This document shows, in pieces, positions 40,018 through 50,196 of a stretch of 64,000 nt of DNA; positions within the stretch are counted from its first letter, which is position 1; every line of letters begins with the position of its first letter. The translations under genes and the position numbers were made by a program. The notes beneath the pieces were generated by a model. It made no database searches, was not told the DNA's origin, and saw nothing but the letters and a program-made list of their open reading frames with translations. Source of the DNA: an uncultured virus (IMG/VR IMGVR_UViG_3300042564_007246) (Duplodnaviria > Heunggongvirae > Uroviricota > Caudoviricetes); IMG/VR virus record IMGVR_UViG_3300042564_007246; one strand, 5' to 3'.

Positions 40018-40872
40018 TTACTGAGATAATAAATTTGTTTCTGAAGTGATCAATGAATGTAAAGAAAAATGCAATTCAATTGGATAGTTTAAGCCACCAA
40101 TAGGAATAAATTTAAAACTTTCTTTTTTGTCTTTTTCAACATACATGACAACTGAATCAAATTTCTTACCAGCAGGCTTCATATTTGTTATGAATATCTT
40201 ACCTTTGTTTTCAAAAATAATCAAACCTGCTCCACCTCTTGGAGAAAAAGAAACTTTCAATATACCAGATTTTTTAGGATTTATAACCACAACAATGTCA
40301 TTTCCATATTGACCTTTAATTGCTAATGGTATTGGATCTCCAAGACGAAAACTTGACGGAATATCATAATCCACTTCTTTATCAATTTCAAAATAATATT
40401 TATTTTGATAAAAGGGCAAAGAAGACATTGTTTCATTTGATGATCCAAACTTGTAAACTATGGAATCACTTTTTTGAAAATCGCCTTCGATGATTCCTGA
40501 TATTGTTTCTGATGGATCTAAAACACTGGAACAGTTTAAAATTGCATCAAGCGGCTTTGCATACATGAAATTTTTGGTTGCTATTGTTCCAGCTTTTTCA
40601 GGTGATTGATCTGAATAAGATCCTTTTTTCAGATTCTTTACTGTTTTTGAAGTATTGATTGTAAAACTTTGTTTTTTATCAGTTCCATTTTTGTAATGAT
40701 AAAAATACCTTACTCTAGTATTTTGTTTATAATTATTCTTGTAGATAATTCCAGGTTTTTTTATTGTTTCTGGAGTATTCAAATAAACAAAATGAGTTGA
40801 TGATGCGTGATATAGATATAAAGCAGTTAAAAGAGCTTTAATTGATAAAAGAAATTTAGTAAACAACGCCAT
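40018..40872 (-). CDS. Exported/membrane-anchored hypothetical protein
   Basis: Hydrophobic N-terminus, GGGGGAG SD, YFYHYKN and SPRGG motifs. Confidence 0.5.
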   Translation of the reverse strand: MALFTKFLLSIKALLTALYLYHASSTHFVYLNTPETIKKPGIIYKNNYKQNTRVRYFYHYKNGTDKKQSFTINTSKTVKNLKKGSYSDQSPEKAGTIATKNFMYAKPLDAILNCSSVLDPSETISGIIEGDFQKSDSIVYKFGSSNETMSSLPFYQNKYYFEIDKEVDYDIPSSFRLGDPIPLAIKGQYGNDIVVVINPKKSGILKVSFSPRGGAGLIIFENKGKIFITNMKPAGKKFDSVVMYVEKDKKESFKFIPIGGLNYPIELHFSLHSLITSETNLLSQ

Positions 40873-40982
40873 TGTTATCTCCCCCTAAAATAACCTTAAC
40901 TAAAATATTATTCGAGTTTGTAGGGCTAGAACACTGTATTTGAGAAAAAAACAGATAGTGTATATTATTTACAGGGATAAAA

Positions 40983-43583
40983 ATGTTCAATTTCAAAAAA
41001 TTCGCTAACGATTTAAACTTTGCAGAAAAAGTAGATATCAAATCTATTCCCGGCACTTTAGAGCAAAAAGTAGAATGGGTTAAAAATTGGTTTTTAAGAA
41101 ATGGTGTTGAACTTAGTGTTCAAGATGCATATGCAATGCTTGGACATGTGCCACTTGGACCAGAAGCTCAACATTTAGAGAAATATAGAGCGAATATTAA
41201 TCAACTTCGTGATTTGGCTGGAGATGCGCTGAAGCAAATTGTTTTATCTCAAAGACCTGATCTTCGACAAAGAGTTATGAATGGTGAGAAAGATGCCAAA
41301 AAGGAACTTGATAGATTAATATATGTTACAGTGTCCAGTAAACTTGGCGCAATAGTTGAGCACACCATACAACTTGCAAATCAAAAATTTATACCAGAAT
41401 TGGTCAAACTTCATTCTTCTTCAACAAGAACACTTTTAGATGTCGATGCATTGAGAAAATATGATTCTCCAGAAGAAATTGCAACCATTCAAAACTTTAT
41501 TAGTGAAGAGATCATGAGATTAAAGAATGAAATAAACACTAAATTCTTAAGAATTTGGGAATCTTTCAATAAAATAAATCCTGATCTGACTCTTGATCAT
41601 ATGTTTTTTATTCTTCAAAATACAGCAAATCAAATTCTTAAAAATGAAGAAATTCCTCTGTCACCCGAAGATAAAGAAAACATCAAAGCTCAAGTGGTAG
41701 ATTTAGCCAAATCAGTTCAGAACATGAACAACTCAGGAGCAGTATGGGCAAGAATATTATCATTGCATCCTGATGCTCCAAATGTTGAAGAATGGAAACA
41801 GTTTATTCCAGATGAACTAAAGGCAACTTGGAATATTATTGCTGTCTTACAAATATTCCATAGACAACTTGAATATGAAGCTGTGCCTGTAAGAGTTGTT
41901 AGCAATGAAACTGGCAAAACAGAATTACTAGATACAAGTTATTTATATTTTTACCCAGGACTAAAACCTGATGGCACTAAGTTTGAATCAGATGCAGAAA
42001 AGAAGCAATTTGCATTGGATAGACTTAGAGATTGTGTTGAAAATGGTTATGAAAATGAAAGAATATTTTCTGCACTAAGTATCACAATCAAAAAAGCTCC
42101 CAAAATTGATCAAACTGTAGTAGAAAATGCACCAGAAGATGAAGAACCATCCGAAGATTTAGAAATTTCTGAAGATACCAAGGCAGCTGAGCCAAAAGAT
42201 AAAGATGCATCACTAATCAGATATTACTACAGATTTATTTGTACTAAATCTACTAATACCGCAAGCTTAATGCAAGCAAATTCACAACTTGGTAGTTTCA
42301 GAAATGATTTAAGAGCTGCCGGATTAGGTCATGTGGCTGATTTATTATCAAAGGCATATGAAAAACAACCTGATCTTAGATACAGTGATTTGGATCTCAT
42401 GTTCTTATCAGGAGAAGAAGGGAATATGATCAATGAACTTAGAGAAAATTATAATCTAGATGCTATTCCTTTCCCTGTGAAGATTCCTTGCCCAGTTGAC
42501 AATCCTACATCTGTAAGTAGATTTGAAATTGACTTTTTATTACCATGCGATATTTTGGTTAGATTTAGAAAAAGATATCAAGAATTTATGGATGAAAATA
42601 CTGGAGAAAGAACCAAAATTTTTCAAACTTTCCCAGTTGTTGAATCGCAAGTCATGTTTGTAGGTGAGTATTTTGGATACAGAAGAACCAAACCTTACTT
42701 TCCAAAATATACAGGAAGACCATGGGTCAAACCAAATGGAGATTTGCCAGTTTATTCTTACAAAAAATCTGGAAAAACATACGATGTAAGACCTGGTGGA
42801 TTTTGTAGATATTTGGAGTTTTACAAATTAAAAAGAGAATGGAAAGTTTTCACCACTGAAATAATTGCAGACATTATGGGTACAAGAACTTTATCTTTAG
42901 ATGACAGACATTTAGAGAAACCTACCCTATTGATGAGCGCATTAGATGAACAAGGTATTGTTTATCAATCTCCAAGATGCACTCCAGAAGTTGGATGCAA
43001 AGCTACAAAATTAATTGAAGAAACCGTGGGCAGAACTCCAGAAGTTGAAAAATTCATTGATGAGAGATATTTGAGGGAAAATTTTGATTCTCCTAAAAAT
43101 AGATGCTTAAGACTAGTTGATTGTTGTATTGCAAACTTAAAATTGACAACTGCCTTAGCAAGAACTAGAGATGAATTTATTCCTGCTGATGATCCAAATA
43201 ATTTTTTAGGAAAAGGCTTTAATAGGCAAACAATGTATGATCATCTTCAAGAGAAAAGACGCATTTTGGAAGAAATTTCAATGTTAGAAAAGATGCACCT
43301 TGATGATTTGGAAGATAGCGAAATATTACAAGATTTGCAATCAGCTAGAGCAAATTTAAAAGGATTTTATTCTTCCCCTATTTATGATTTCAAAATGAAG
43401 TTTGAAGAAATATGTGAAAATCCTAATGGTGAAATATATAAGAAATTACAAAAATTTCAATTATTAAGAAAAGAAATAGAATCTGAAACTCAAAAATACA
43501 CTTTGTATGAACTAAGAGTAAAAATAGCTGAAATTGATAACACATTCCTTGCTGAAAGAATAAAAGACGATGAGGTCATATAA
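40983..43583 (+). CDS. Large hypothetical protein with possible PD-(D/E)xK-like domain
   Basis: 866 aa; FEIDFLL...FVGEYFG...YKLKREWK resembles very-short-patch/DUF559-type nuclease motifs. Confidence 0.45.
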   Translation: MFNFKKFANDLNFAEKVDIKSIPGTLEQKVEWVKNWFLRNGVELSVQDAYAMLGHVPLGPEAQHLEKYRANINQLRDLAGDALKQIVLSQRPDLRQRVMNGEKDAKKELDRLIYVTVSSKLGAIVEHTIQLANQKFIPELVKLHSSSTRTLLDVDALRKYDSPEEIATIQNFISEEIMRLKNEINTKFLRIWESFNKINPDLTLDHMFFILQNTANQILKNEEIPLSPEDKENIKAQVVDLAKSVQNMNNSGAVWARILSLHPDAPNVEEWKQFIPDELKATWNIIAVLQIFHRQLEYEAVPVRVVSNETGKTELLDTSYLYFYPGLKPDGTKFESDAEKKQFALDRLRDCVENGYENERIFSALSITIKKAPKIDQTVVENAPEDEEPSEDLEISEDTKAAEPKDKDASLIRYYYRFICTKSTNTASLMQANSQLGSFRNDLRAAGLGHVADLLSKAYEKQPDLRYSDLDLMFLSGEEGNMINELRENYNLDAIPFPVKIPCPVDNPTSVSRFEIDFLLPCDILVRFRKRYQEFMDENTGERTKIFQTFPVVESQVMFVGEYFGYRRTKPYFPKYTGRPWVKPNGDLPVYSYKKSGKTYDVRPGGFCRYLEFYKLKREWKVFTTEIIADIMGTRTLSLDDRHLEKPTLLMSALDEQGIVYQSPRCTPEVGCKATKLIEETVGRTPEVEKFIDERYLRENFDSPKNRCLRLVDCCIANLKLTTALARTRDEFIPADDPNNFLGKGFNRQTMYDHLQEKRRILEEISMLEKMHLDDLEDSEILQDLQSARANLKGFYSSPIYDFKMKFEEICENPNGEIYKKLQKFQLLRKEIESETQKYTLYELRVKIAEIDNTFLAERIKDDEVI

Positions 43584-44575
43584 TGTCTTTATTAACTTCA
43601 GATTACATAGCTAGTTGGTTTTTTCTGCAAAAAAAAGATTTCACTGGTTTAAGTCAAATATTACAACCTTATTATGTTCTTGAAAGCTTGGATTATAGCA
43701 AAAATGTTGGTACAGAAGCAGTTGATTTAATTCAAGGTGATGCTGGTGTTCATGTAATTAACACTTCTGAAACAACATTTAAAACAACTATCAGTTCTGA
43801 AGCGTTGATTATAAAAGATGTTGATAGCACCACTGTTCAGTACAGAGATATTTTTGATATCTTTCTAGAAGATTATTATGCTCTTCTAAATTATTTTTTC
43901 ATTCCATCTACAGATTTGAATAATAATGGTGGAAATTCTAATGATTTATTCAGTGGAAACAAAGTTAGAATAGAAAATCTCTTCAATAATGCAACTATCA
44001 CTATTGGACAAAAGATTTCATGCAATATCGATTACAATTGTGTATATTCTAATAAGTTTAATGTTGCATACAATAATTATTCCGAAGGTTTACAGGGAGA
44101 TTTTGATTTTATTGCTAGAACAGCAAGAAATTATGATTGTAGATTTTTCATAGACAATACTAATGATTATTATATAAAATCTGGCTCTTTGACTATTAGC
44201 ATGAACCATAAACAAGTTTATATTGCAAATACTAAAAATTCTGTTCCATTTTATTCTCCACAAGGATACAAAGTTTCAGGCAGTATCACAGTATTGGTAA
44301 AAAACTTTGATTTTGAAAATATCCCTACATATGGAAATATTTCTTTATTAATAGGAGATAGATATTTAGAATTAGGTCAAGCTAGTATAAAATCAGAGTA
44401 CAACAGAAAACTTAATGCATCTGAAAGTGCATCAACCATGACAATTCAATTCACTGGATACGCAAGATTAGGTGCTGGAATTAATAATTCTACATGGCTT
44501 ACTTATTTCCAAAGTAAATTGGATCAAGAAAAGTTTACCAAAGTATTGCAAAAAATTAATGGATATTTATCATAA
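43583..44575 (+). CDS. Putative structural (tail-tube-like) protein, paralogue 1
   Basis: Beta-rich; shares DIFDIFLE, RTARNYD and VPFYS..GY.VSG.IT.L motifs with the next ORF. Confidence 0.4.
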   Translation: MSLLTSDYIASWFFLQKKDFTGLSQILQPYYVLESLDYSKNVGTEAVDLIQGDAGVHVINTSETTFKTTISSEALIIKDVDSTTVQYRDIFDIFLEDYYALLNYFFIPSTDLNNNGGNSNDLFSGNKVRIENLFNNATITIGQKISCNIDYNCVYSNKFNVAYNNYSEGLQGDFDFIARTARNYDCRFFIDNTNDYYIKSGSLTISMNHKQVYIANTKNSVPFYSPQGYKVSGSITVLVKNFDFENIPTYGNISLLIGDRYLELGQASIKSEYNRKLNASESASTMTIQFTGYARLGAGINNSTWLTYFQSKLDQEKFTKVLQKINGYLS

Positions 44576-45450
44576 TGCCACTCTTATCTCCTGAATATTT
44601 TGGCACATGGTATGTTATTACTTTGGATGGCAAAAGAAGAATTTTGCAATCTTATAGTGAAACATTAAATCTTGAATCTAGCAATGAAAAATCTGCTCTT
44701 GTAGGAGATATTGGAAAGCATATCGCTGATATTGGTCCATATCATTATGCATTGTCTTTGACCTCACCAATATTAATTTTAGAGCCATATGGTGTTTTTT
44801 ATGATGCTTTTGATATTGTCTTGGAGAATCTTGACAAGATACAGCAGCCTATTACAGCTTCAAATATTTCAACTTATGAATATGTAATGCAAAGTGCATC
44901 AATAAACATTGCAACAGATGGTTCCAACGTATCTACGCAGCTTGAATCATGGCAAGATTTTGCTAACGCGAAAGAATACCGTCCAGCAGATGATTTCTTT
45001 TATGGTAGAGTGGCAAAATTTTATGATATTTATTTTTCAATGTTTGGAAATGAATATTTAGTACAGAGTGCTAATTTAAATATAAAAGTAAACAATGATA
45101 AGCATTTTTATATTGCTGGAACGAATGATTTTCTTGGTAATCAAGTGCCCAAGTATTCAATAAATGGGTATTCAGTATCTGGTGATATTACGTTATTGAT
45201 AAAACCTGATCAATATGAAACTTTAAAACTTTATAACGCTCAAAGCCCTGGCATATTTAATGCATTAAAAGAATCTGTCAAACTAAAAGTTTTTTACAGA
45301 CCAACTGGTGTAAACAGAGATAAAACAATTGATTTTGGTGATTTTGCATTTATGCCTAGTATTGAATTATCTATCAATCCAAATCAAATTATCACTGCCA
45401 AGATTAATTTCTACACCTTGTTTAGAAGAACTAGTGTAATCAATTACTAG
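44575..45450 (+). CDS. Putative structural (tail-tube-like) protein, paralogue 2
   Basis: DAFDIVLE, RVAKFYD and VPKYSINGYSVSGDITLL. Confidence 0.4.
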   Translation: MPLLSPEYFGTWYVITLDGKRRILQSYSETLNLESSNEKSALVGDIGKHIADIGPYHYALSLTSPILILEPYGVFYDAFDIVLENLDKIQQPITASNISTYEYVMQSASINIATDGSNVSTQLESWQDFANAKEYRPADDFFYGRVAKFYDIYFSMFGNEYLVQSANLNIKVNNDKHFYIAGTNDFLGNQVPKYSINGYSVSGDITLLIKPDQYETLKLYNAQSPGIFNALKESVKLKVFYRPTGVNRDKTIDFGDFAFMPSIELSINPNQIITAKINFYTLFRRTSVINY

Positions 45451-45465
45451 TTGTATAAACCATAT

Positions 45466-45999
45466 ATGGAAGATATTCACCGTATTGATTTATCTGAATA
45501 CGAAGATAAATTAAAAGCATTAGAAAATTTACAAGACGGTGAGTTGATACTAAAGTTTGCAATTCCTGGTAGACCTTCAACCAAAAAAACTTCACAAAGG
45601 GTAGTAAGACGAGGTGGTTTTACTAAAATTTTACCTTCTATTTTGTATGAAAAATATGAAAAGCATTGTAAAACATTTTGTGAAGATGCATGGAAAAATC
45701 ATAATCTTCCACCTATTGATTGTGGTATCGCAATCAAAATTAAAGTTTATTTAGATTCTTGGATTGTTGGTGATGAATGCGGTTATCAACAAGCGCATGG
45801 AGACATAATTCAGGCTCATGGAGTCATAGAAAACGATATGTGGATTCATTGGGTTGATAAAAATGAAAACATGATTTTTTATGATAAGGAAAATCCAAGA
45901 ATTGAAATTGAAATATGTAGGCACAGACATGCCAAGGAAACTTTTAGGGAAGATCAAAGAATAAAGGAAGCAAAGAAGCTTGCAAAAATAAAAAAATGA
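45466..45999 (+). CDS. RusA-like Holliday junction resolvase
   Basis: IPGRPSTKK, D...D.I...G.IEND and DKENPRIEI. ATG 45466 lies 6 nt after TATAAA. Confidence 0.65.
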   Translation: MEDIHRIDLSEYEDKLKALENLQDGELILKFAIPGRPSTKKTSQRVVRRGGFTKILPSILYEKYEKHCKTFCEDAWKNHNLPPIDCGIAIKIKVYLDSWIVGDECGYQQAHGDIIQAHGVIENDMWIHWVDKNENMIFYDKENPRIEIEICRHRHAKETFREDQRIKEAKKLAKIKK

Positions 46000-46496
46000 A
46001 ATGGTATGTTTATATTGCTAGAGATGATGAAGATATTGTCGAAGGCATTTGTAATGATTTGATAGCTGAAGATAATTTATTAAATTATGAAAATGATTGG
46101 GCTACAAATTATAAGATTGTATGGTTTCTAGAAACAAAAAATAAAATAGATGCACTTTCAAAGTTGAAGTCTATATCTATCCTGTCTCTGGAGCAAAAAT
46201 TAGATTTAATATCTGAATCTAAAAAAATAATTATCATGTCTGAAAATCATGACATTGATAAAGAAAAATATCCCTTAGTGGTAAATTTAAAATGTACATT
46301 GGAAATTATCAATTTCTTCAATGAACTTCCAGAGCTTTGGAAACTTAATGATTTGTATCTTGAAAATGTAGCTGAATATCTAGCTATAAGAAGAAGTCAA
46401 GTTATCAATGTGAAACTTTGGGATATTTCAATTGATTCATCCAAGTATGTTGGAATTATCACCAAAGAAAAATTTTATCCTATTATTAAATACTAA
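45996..46496 (+). CDS. Degenerate GIY-YIG-like protein
   Basis: WYVYI...G.CNDL...IVWF......DAL......L..EQK..LI framework, with the catalytic R/H/E residues not evident. Confidence 0.4.
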   Translation: MKWYVYIARDDEDIVEGICNDLIAEDNLLNYENDWATNYKIVWFLETKNKIDALSKLKSISILSLEQKLDLISESKKIIIMSENHDIDKEKYPLVVNLKCTLEIINFFNELPELWKLNDLYLENVAEYLAIRRSQVINVKLWDISIDSSKYVGIITKEKFYPIIKY

Positions 46497-46516
46497 AAGC
46501 GGACCGAAGTCCGCTT
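46497..46516. terminator. Terminator hairpin between convergent genes
   Basis: aagcggac-cgaa-gtccgctt. Confidence 0.75.
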
Positions 46517-46540
46517 CTAATATTTTGAGTTTTATGACAA

Positions 46541-46867
46541 CTAAGCTGGAACAATAAAGTGTGGCTCAGTGTCAGAGATGGAAAATTCACCCTTAACACC
46601 AAGAGGCTCAATCAGATCCTTCATTCGCTCTTGAAGTGCAACAGTGTTCTCATTCAAGGAATCATTGATTAGATTCAAGCGCTCTTGTGCCTGTTGAAGC
46701 TGTGCTGCATACTGCTGCGCAACATTGACAAACTCAAGAACATCAGCCTTCTGAGCCTTCAACTCAAGAATTGACTGACGCATAGCTACTAACTCAAGAT
46801 AATCCTCATGAGAAATTGTTGGGTTGTCTCCACCCTCAACCTCTGATACTACGTTCTCTTCACTCAT
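46541..46867 (-). CDS. Coiled-coil hypothetical protein
   Basis: GAGG SD and an upstream TTGACA-17-TATCAT promoter. Confidence 0.65.
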   Translation of the reverse strand: MSEENVVSEVEGGDNPTISHEDYLELVAMRQSILELKAQKADVLEFVNVAQQYAAQLQQAQERLNLINDSLNENTVALQERMKDLIEPLGVKGEFSISDTEPHFIVPA

Positions 46868-46999
46868 TTTTTGGTTAACCTCTAATGATCATTTGATCTG
46901 TTTTATGATACCCACAAAATATCATATTGTCAATTGTTGACTATGCTTTTCATCCGTGGTATATTTCAAATGTATTTATACAACAAATAAGGATATCAA

Positions 47000-47686
47000 A
47001 TGAAAGAAGTTACAATTGCACCATCTGATTTTGCTTTTTTATATAGCGAATCTCCATGGGCTTTTCATCAGAAATATATCTCAGGCATCAGGAGACCACC
47101 ATTAATTCTTCCTAAAATCTTTAACACAATTGATGGTGCAATCAAAGAATCTTATGCTGACGAAGATTTTTCTAAAATATCTAAATACTTGCCCCAAGCT
47201 ACTCTACGCACATCTTCAAAATGGGTAAAGTCCAAACCTATCGTCAATCCTCAATACGATATTTCTGTTCAAATTATTGGCAAGATTGATGGTTATCTTG
47301 AATATCCTGATGGCAATGTATCTATTGTTGATTTCAAAACAAGTGAGATAAATGAAGAATTTGCACAAAAGTATAACTTGCAACTTCACTCATATTGCTA
47401 TTCTGTGATAAATCCTGACAATAGTAATTGTTTGCATCTTGAAAATGTTACCGATCCTGGTTTATTAATTTTTGAACCTAAAAAGTTTATGATTGATCAT
47501 GATTGTAAAGCTGGACTTAAGGGTAACTTGAAATGGATGTCTTTTAAACTTGATATTGATTTTTTCACGAATTTTATCAAGAATGAAGTGATTCCTTTAT
47601 TAGCTGGTCCAGAACCAAAACCACCTGTAGAAGATCCATACTGGAAGTATTTACAACAATTTGGATTTGAGTACGAACAGGAATAA
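47000..47686 (+). CDS. PD-(D/E)xK nuclease (RecB/Cas4-like)
   Basis: GKIDG...IVDFKTS...LQLHSY; upstream TTGACT-17-TATATT promoter and AAGGA SD. Confidence 0.8.
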   Translation: MKEVTIAPSDFAFLYSESPWAFHQKYISGIRRPPLILPKIFNTIDGAIKESYADEDFSKISKYLPQATLRTSSKWVKSKPIVNPQYDISVQIIGKIDGYLEYPDGNVSIVDFKTSEINEEFAQKYNLQLHSYCYSVINPDNSNCLHLENVTDPGLLIFEPKKFMIDHDCKAGLKGNLKWMSFKLDIDFFTNFIKNEVIPLLAGPEPKPPVEDPYWKYLQQFGFEYEQE

Positions 47687-47736
47687 ACAATCTAGTATAA
47701 GAAGAAGACATTGAATATCTCAAAATGGAGTGAAGA

Positions 47737-48756
47737 ATGTCTTCTTTTTTATTTGATCTGATCAACAAAGCAAAACAACTTGATATCGAAGGTAACTATG
47801 TCGAAGCTGACAGAGTGTATTTATCAATGCAAAAGATTGCACAAGCACCCACTGACCCTGTAGATTCAAGTTTTTCAGGAACAGCTCAAGATTCAATGCA
47901 ACAAGCAACAGAATGGTTTGCAGGAAGCGAGTTAGACAGAAGACATAAAGCTAACAATATATTAAATGCCATAATTAATTCATTATTTCGAATTGAATCT
48001 AAGCGCTCATATTCAGTAGGCAATATTTTTACTGGTGCTTCGTATGAAGTCTTTGAATTGTCAGAAGAGAATCTAAAGAAATTTAAAGATATAAGGAATG
48101 AACTTATTAGAATAAGACAAACTTATCGTGATAAATCAATTCCACCTAGAAAAGAATATGATTACAAAATTATTGATATAGCAGCTGAAGAAACTTTAAA
48201 TAATCGCATTGATCAGATTGCTACATACTGTGATGCTATAAATTCGTTAATCAATCATATTGATGGGCTTACTGCAAAAGATTTGGGATCAGCTAATTTA
48301 AATGCTGAACTTAAAATGATTAAAATTAAACTGGCTGAAATAAAAGATCCTACAAAAAAATTCAGTCCAGAATTAATAAATCAAACTCGACAAAATATAC
48401 ATAATACAAGAAATACTGGATTTACTGACAAACCTACAGTTGGTCAACCATTCAAAGAGCCTAGTTCATGGAAAGAAAAAAGAATGCCTGATGCTGCACC
48501 TGATATCTTTGGTGCGACAGTTAGTGGGAGCAAGGCAGCAATTAACTCAGGTGTTGATAAATTAAATAATACTGATGATTCTCAATTTTTAAATATTTAC
48601 CAAGGTGAAATTGAAACGATTGAAAATGCATTTATTGCCAATGAAGGCAAATTAACAGGGCAAGAAAAAGCAAAATATCAAAGAGAGATGAAGAGTTTAG
48701 AAGATAGATATTATACTCTTCTATACAAAGATAAAGAAAAACCATTCGTAGATTAG
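47737..48756 (+). CDS. Hypothetical protein with shared N-terminal leader
   Basis: AKQLDIEGNYVEADRVYLSMQKIAQ; GGAG SD. Confidence 0.6.
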   Translation: MSSFLFDLINKAKQLDIEGNYVEADRVYLSMQKIAQAPTDPVDSSFSGTAQDSMQQATEWFAGSELDRRHKANNILNAIINSLFRIESKRSYSVGNIFTGASYEVFELSEENLKKFKDIRNELIRIRQTYRDKSIPPRKEYDYKIIDIAAEETLNNRIDQIATYCDAINSLINHIDGLTAKDLGSANLNAELKMIKIKLAEIKDPTKKFSPELINQTRQNIHNTRNTGFTDKPTVGQPFKEPSSWKEKRMPDAAPDIFGATVSGSKAAINSGVDKLNNTDDSQFLNIYQGEIETIENAFIANEGKLTGQEKAKYQREMKSLEDRYYTLLYKDKEKPFVD

Positions 48757-48815
48757 GGGCATATTATGCCTTCTCAAGTTGACAATATATATGACAGATC
48801 TCTTAGTGATGATTA

Positions 48816-49391
48816 ATGCTTCTAGATGTAGAAATAAATAAATTATATAATTACGATTTTTATGGATGTATAGACAAAAAAGAAAAACTTCTTAATTCCT
48901 TAAAATCTTTAGATCTTGAACTTGAATCTTTTGGTGTTTTCAATTTGATTGACCAAAAGATTTCTTCTTTTAATATTCAAAACAATAATATCCAAAATAT
49001 TAATAAGTTTAATATTGATGGTGTTCTTATAGAATCTAACAATTGGTTACATTCTCAACTTGATTCATTATTACACTCAAAATATTCCAGACAAAGTAGA
49101 TATTTATTTAATAATGGTAGTGTGACACCAGAACTTCCAGCTCATTACAAATTTGATCAATTAATTGCTGCTAAATTAGGCTATAAGAGCGATAATTCTT
49201 TATTCGTACCCATTTGGTCTAACACTATAAGAATATCTAAAAATACTGCAGAATTGATTTATTTTCCAACACCTGAACAAACAAAAACTCTTTTGTCTTT
49301 GAACATAAATAATTATATAGTCAAAAATATACATGTTCGGGATGTCTTTGACGAATTAGTTGATAAATTGCCAGCTTTCCATTCATCTTGA
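48816..49391 (+). CDS. Hypothetical protein
   Basis: 191-aa ORF. Confidence 0.5.
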   Translation: MLLDVEINKLYNYDFYGCIDKKEKLLNSLKSLDLELESFGVFNLIDQKISSFNIQNNNIQNINKFNIDGVLIESNNWLHSQLDSLLHSKYSRQSRYLFNNGSVTPELPAHYKFDQLIAAKLGYKSDNSLFVPIWSNTIRISKNTAELIYFPTPEQTKTLLSLNINNYIVKNIHVRDVFDELVDKLPAFHSS

Positions 49392-49410
49392 TTTTTTGTA
49401 TAATGTTTGC

Positions 49411-50196
49411 ATGGATATTAATTTTGGAGATGTTTTTGAACAAGAAAAGAAGTGGAAAAGCGCTCAACCTTATCATCATGTCGTAATAGACAATTTTCTT
49501 CCTATAGACATTGCTAATAAAGTTGCCCAGGAATTCCCTGATGTAAATAGTGATTTTTGGTACGAGTATGCTAATCCATTAGAGATCAAGAAGGCATGCT
49601 CTGATTGGAATAAGTTTCCACCATCAATCTATCAAGTTTTCACTGCTTTGATGAATAGACAAGTGGTTGATGTTTTGTCTTTTTTCACTGGAAAAAACTT
49701 GATGGCAGATTCTGGTTTACATGGTGGTGGACTTCATTGCCACAAGGATGGAGGAAAGCTAAATACACATTTAGATTATTCTATTCATCCAAAAATCAAC
49801 ATGCAGCGCAAAGTAAACATTATTGTCTATGTAACTAAAGATTGGGATCCAGCATGGGATGGAGCATTAGGGCTGTGGGATAACGACAATTCTGATGGTG
49901 TTGACAAACCTGGCAATCTTGTTCAAAAAATAGAGTGCAAGTTTAACAGAGCTATAATCTTTGACACAACAATGCATTCTTGGCATGGTTTACCAGACCC
50001 AGTACTTTGCCCTGAGGGTAAATCCAGAAATTCTTTAGCAACATATTACTTGTGCGATCCACCACAAGATGTTGATCCAAGAGGTAAAGCTCTTTATGCT
50101 CCTAGTGAGGATCAGAAAGGTGATTCTCATATTGAAGAGTTGATTCGTAAGCGAGCTAATCTACAAACATTCTCAGAGGTTTATAAAACAAAATAA
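49411..50196 (+). CDS. 2OG-Fe(II) oxygenase
   Basis: PYHHVVIDNFL, HLD (HxD), FNRAIIF, SWHG and RNS. ATG 49411 lies 6 nt after TATAAT. Confidence 0.88.
   Translation: MDINFGDVFEQEKKWKSAQPYHHVVIDNFLPIDIANKVAQEFPDVNSDFWYEYANPLEIKKACSDWNKFPPSIYQVFTALMNRQVVDVLSFFTGKNLMADSGLHGGGLHCHKDGGKLNTHLDYSIHPKINMQRKVNIIVYVTKDWDPAWDGALGLWDNDNSDGVDKPGNLVQKIECKFNRAIIFDTTMHSWHGLPDPVLCPEGKSRNSLATYYLCDPPQDVDPRGKALYAPSEDQKGDSHIEELIRKRANLQTFSEVYKTK

Noticed and set aside
47000..47686. Cas4 of a CRISPR system
   Set aside because: No Fe-S cysteine pattern, cas neighbours or array; treated as a generic PD-(D/E)xK nuclease.
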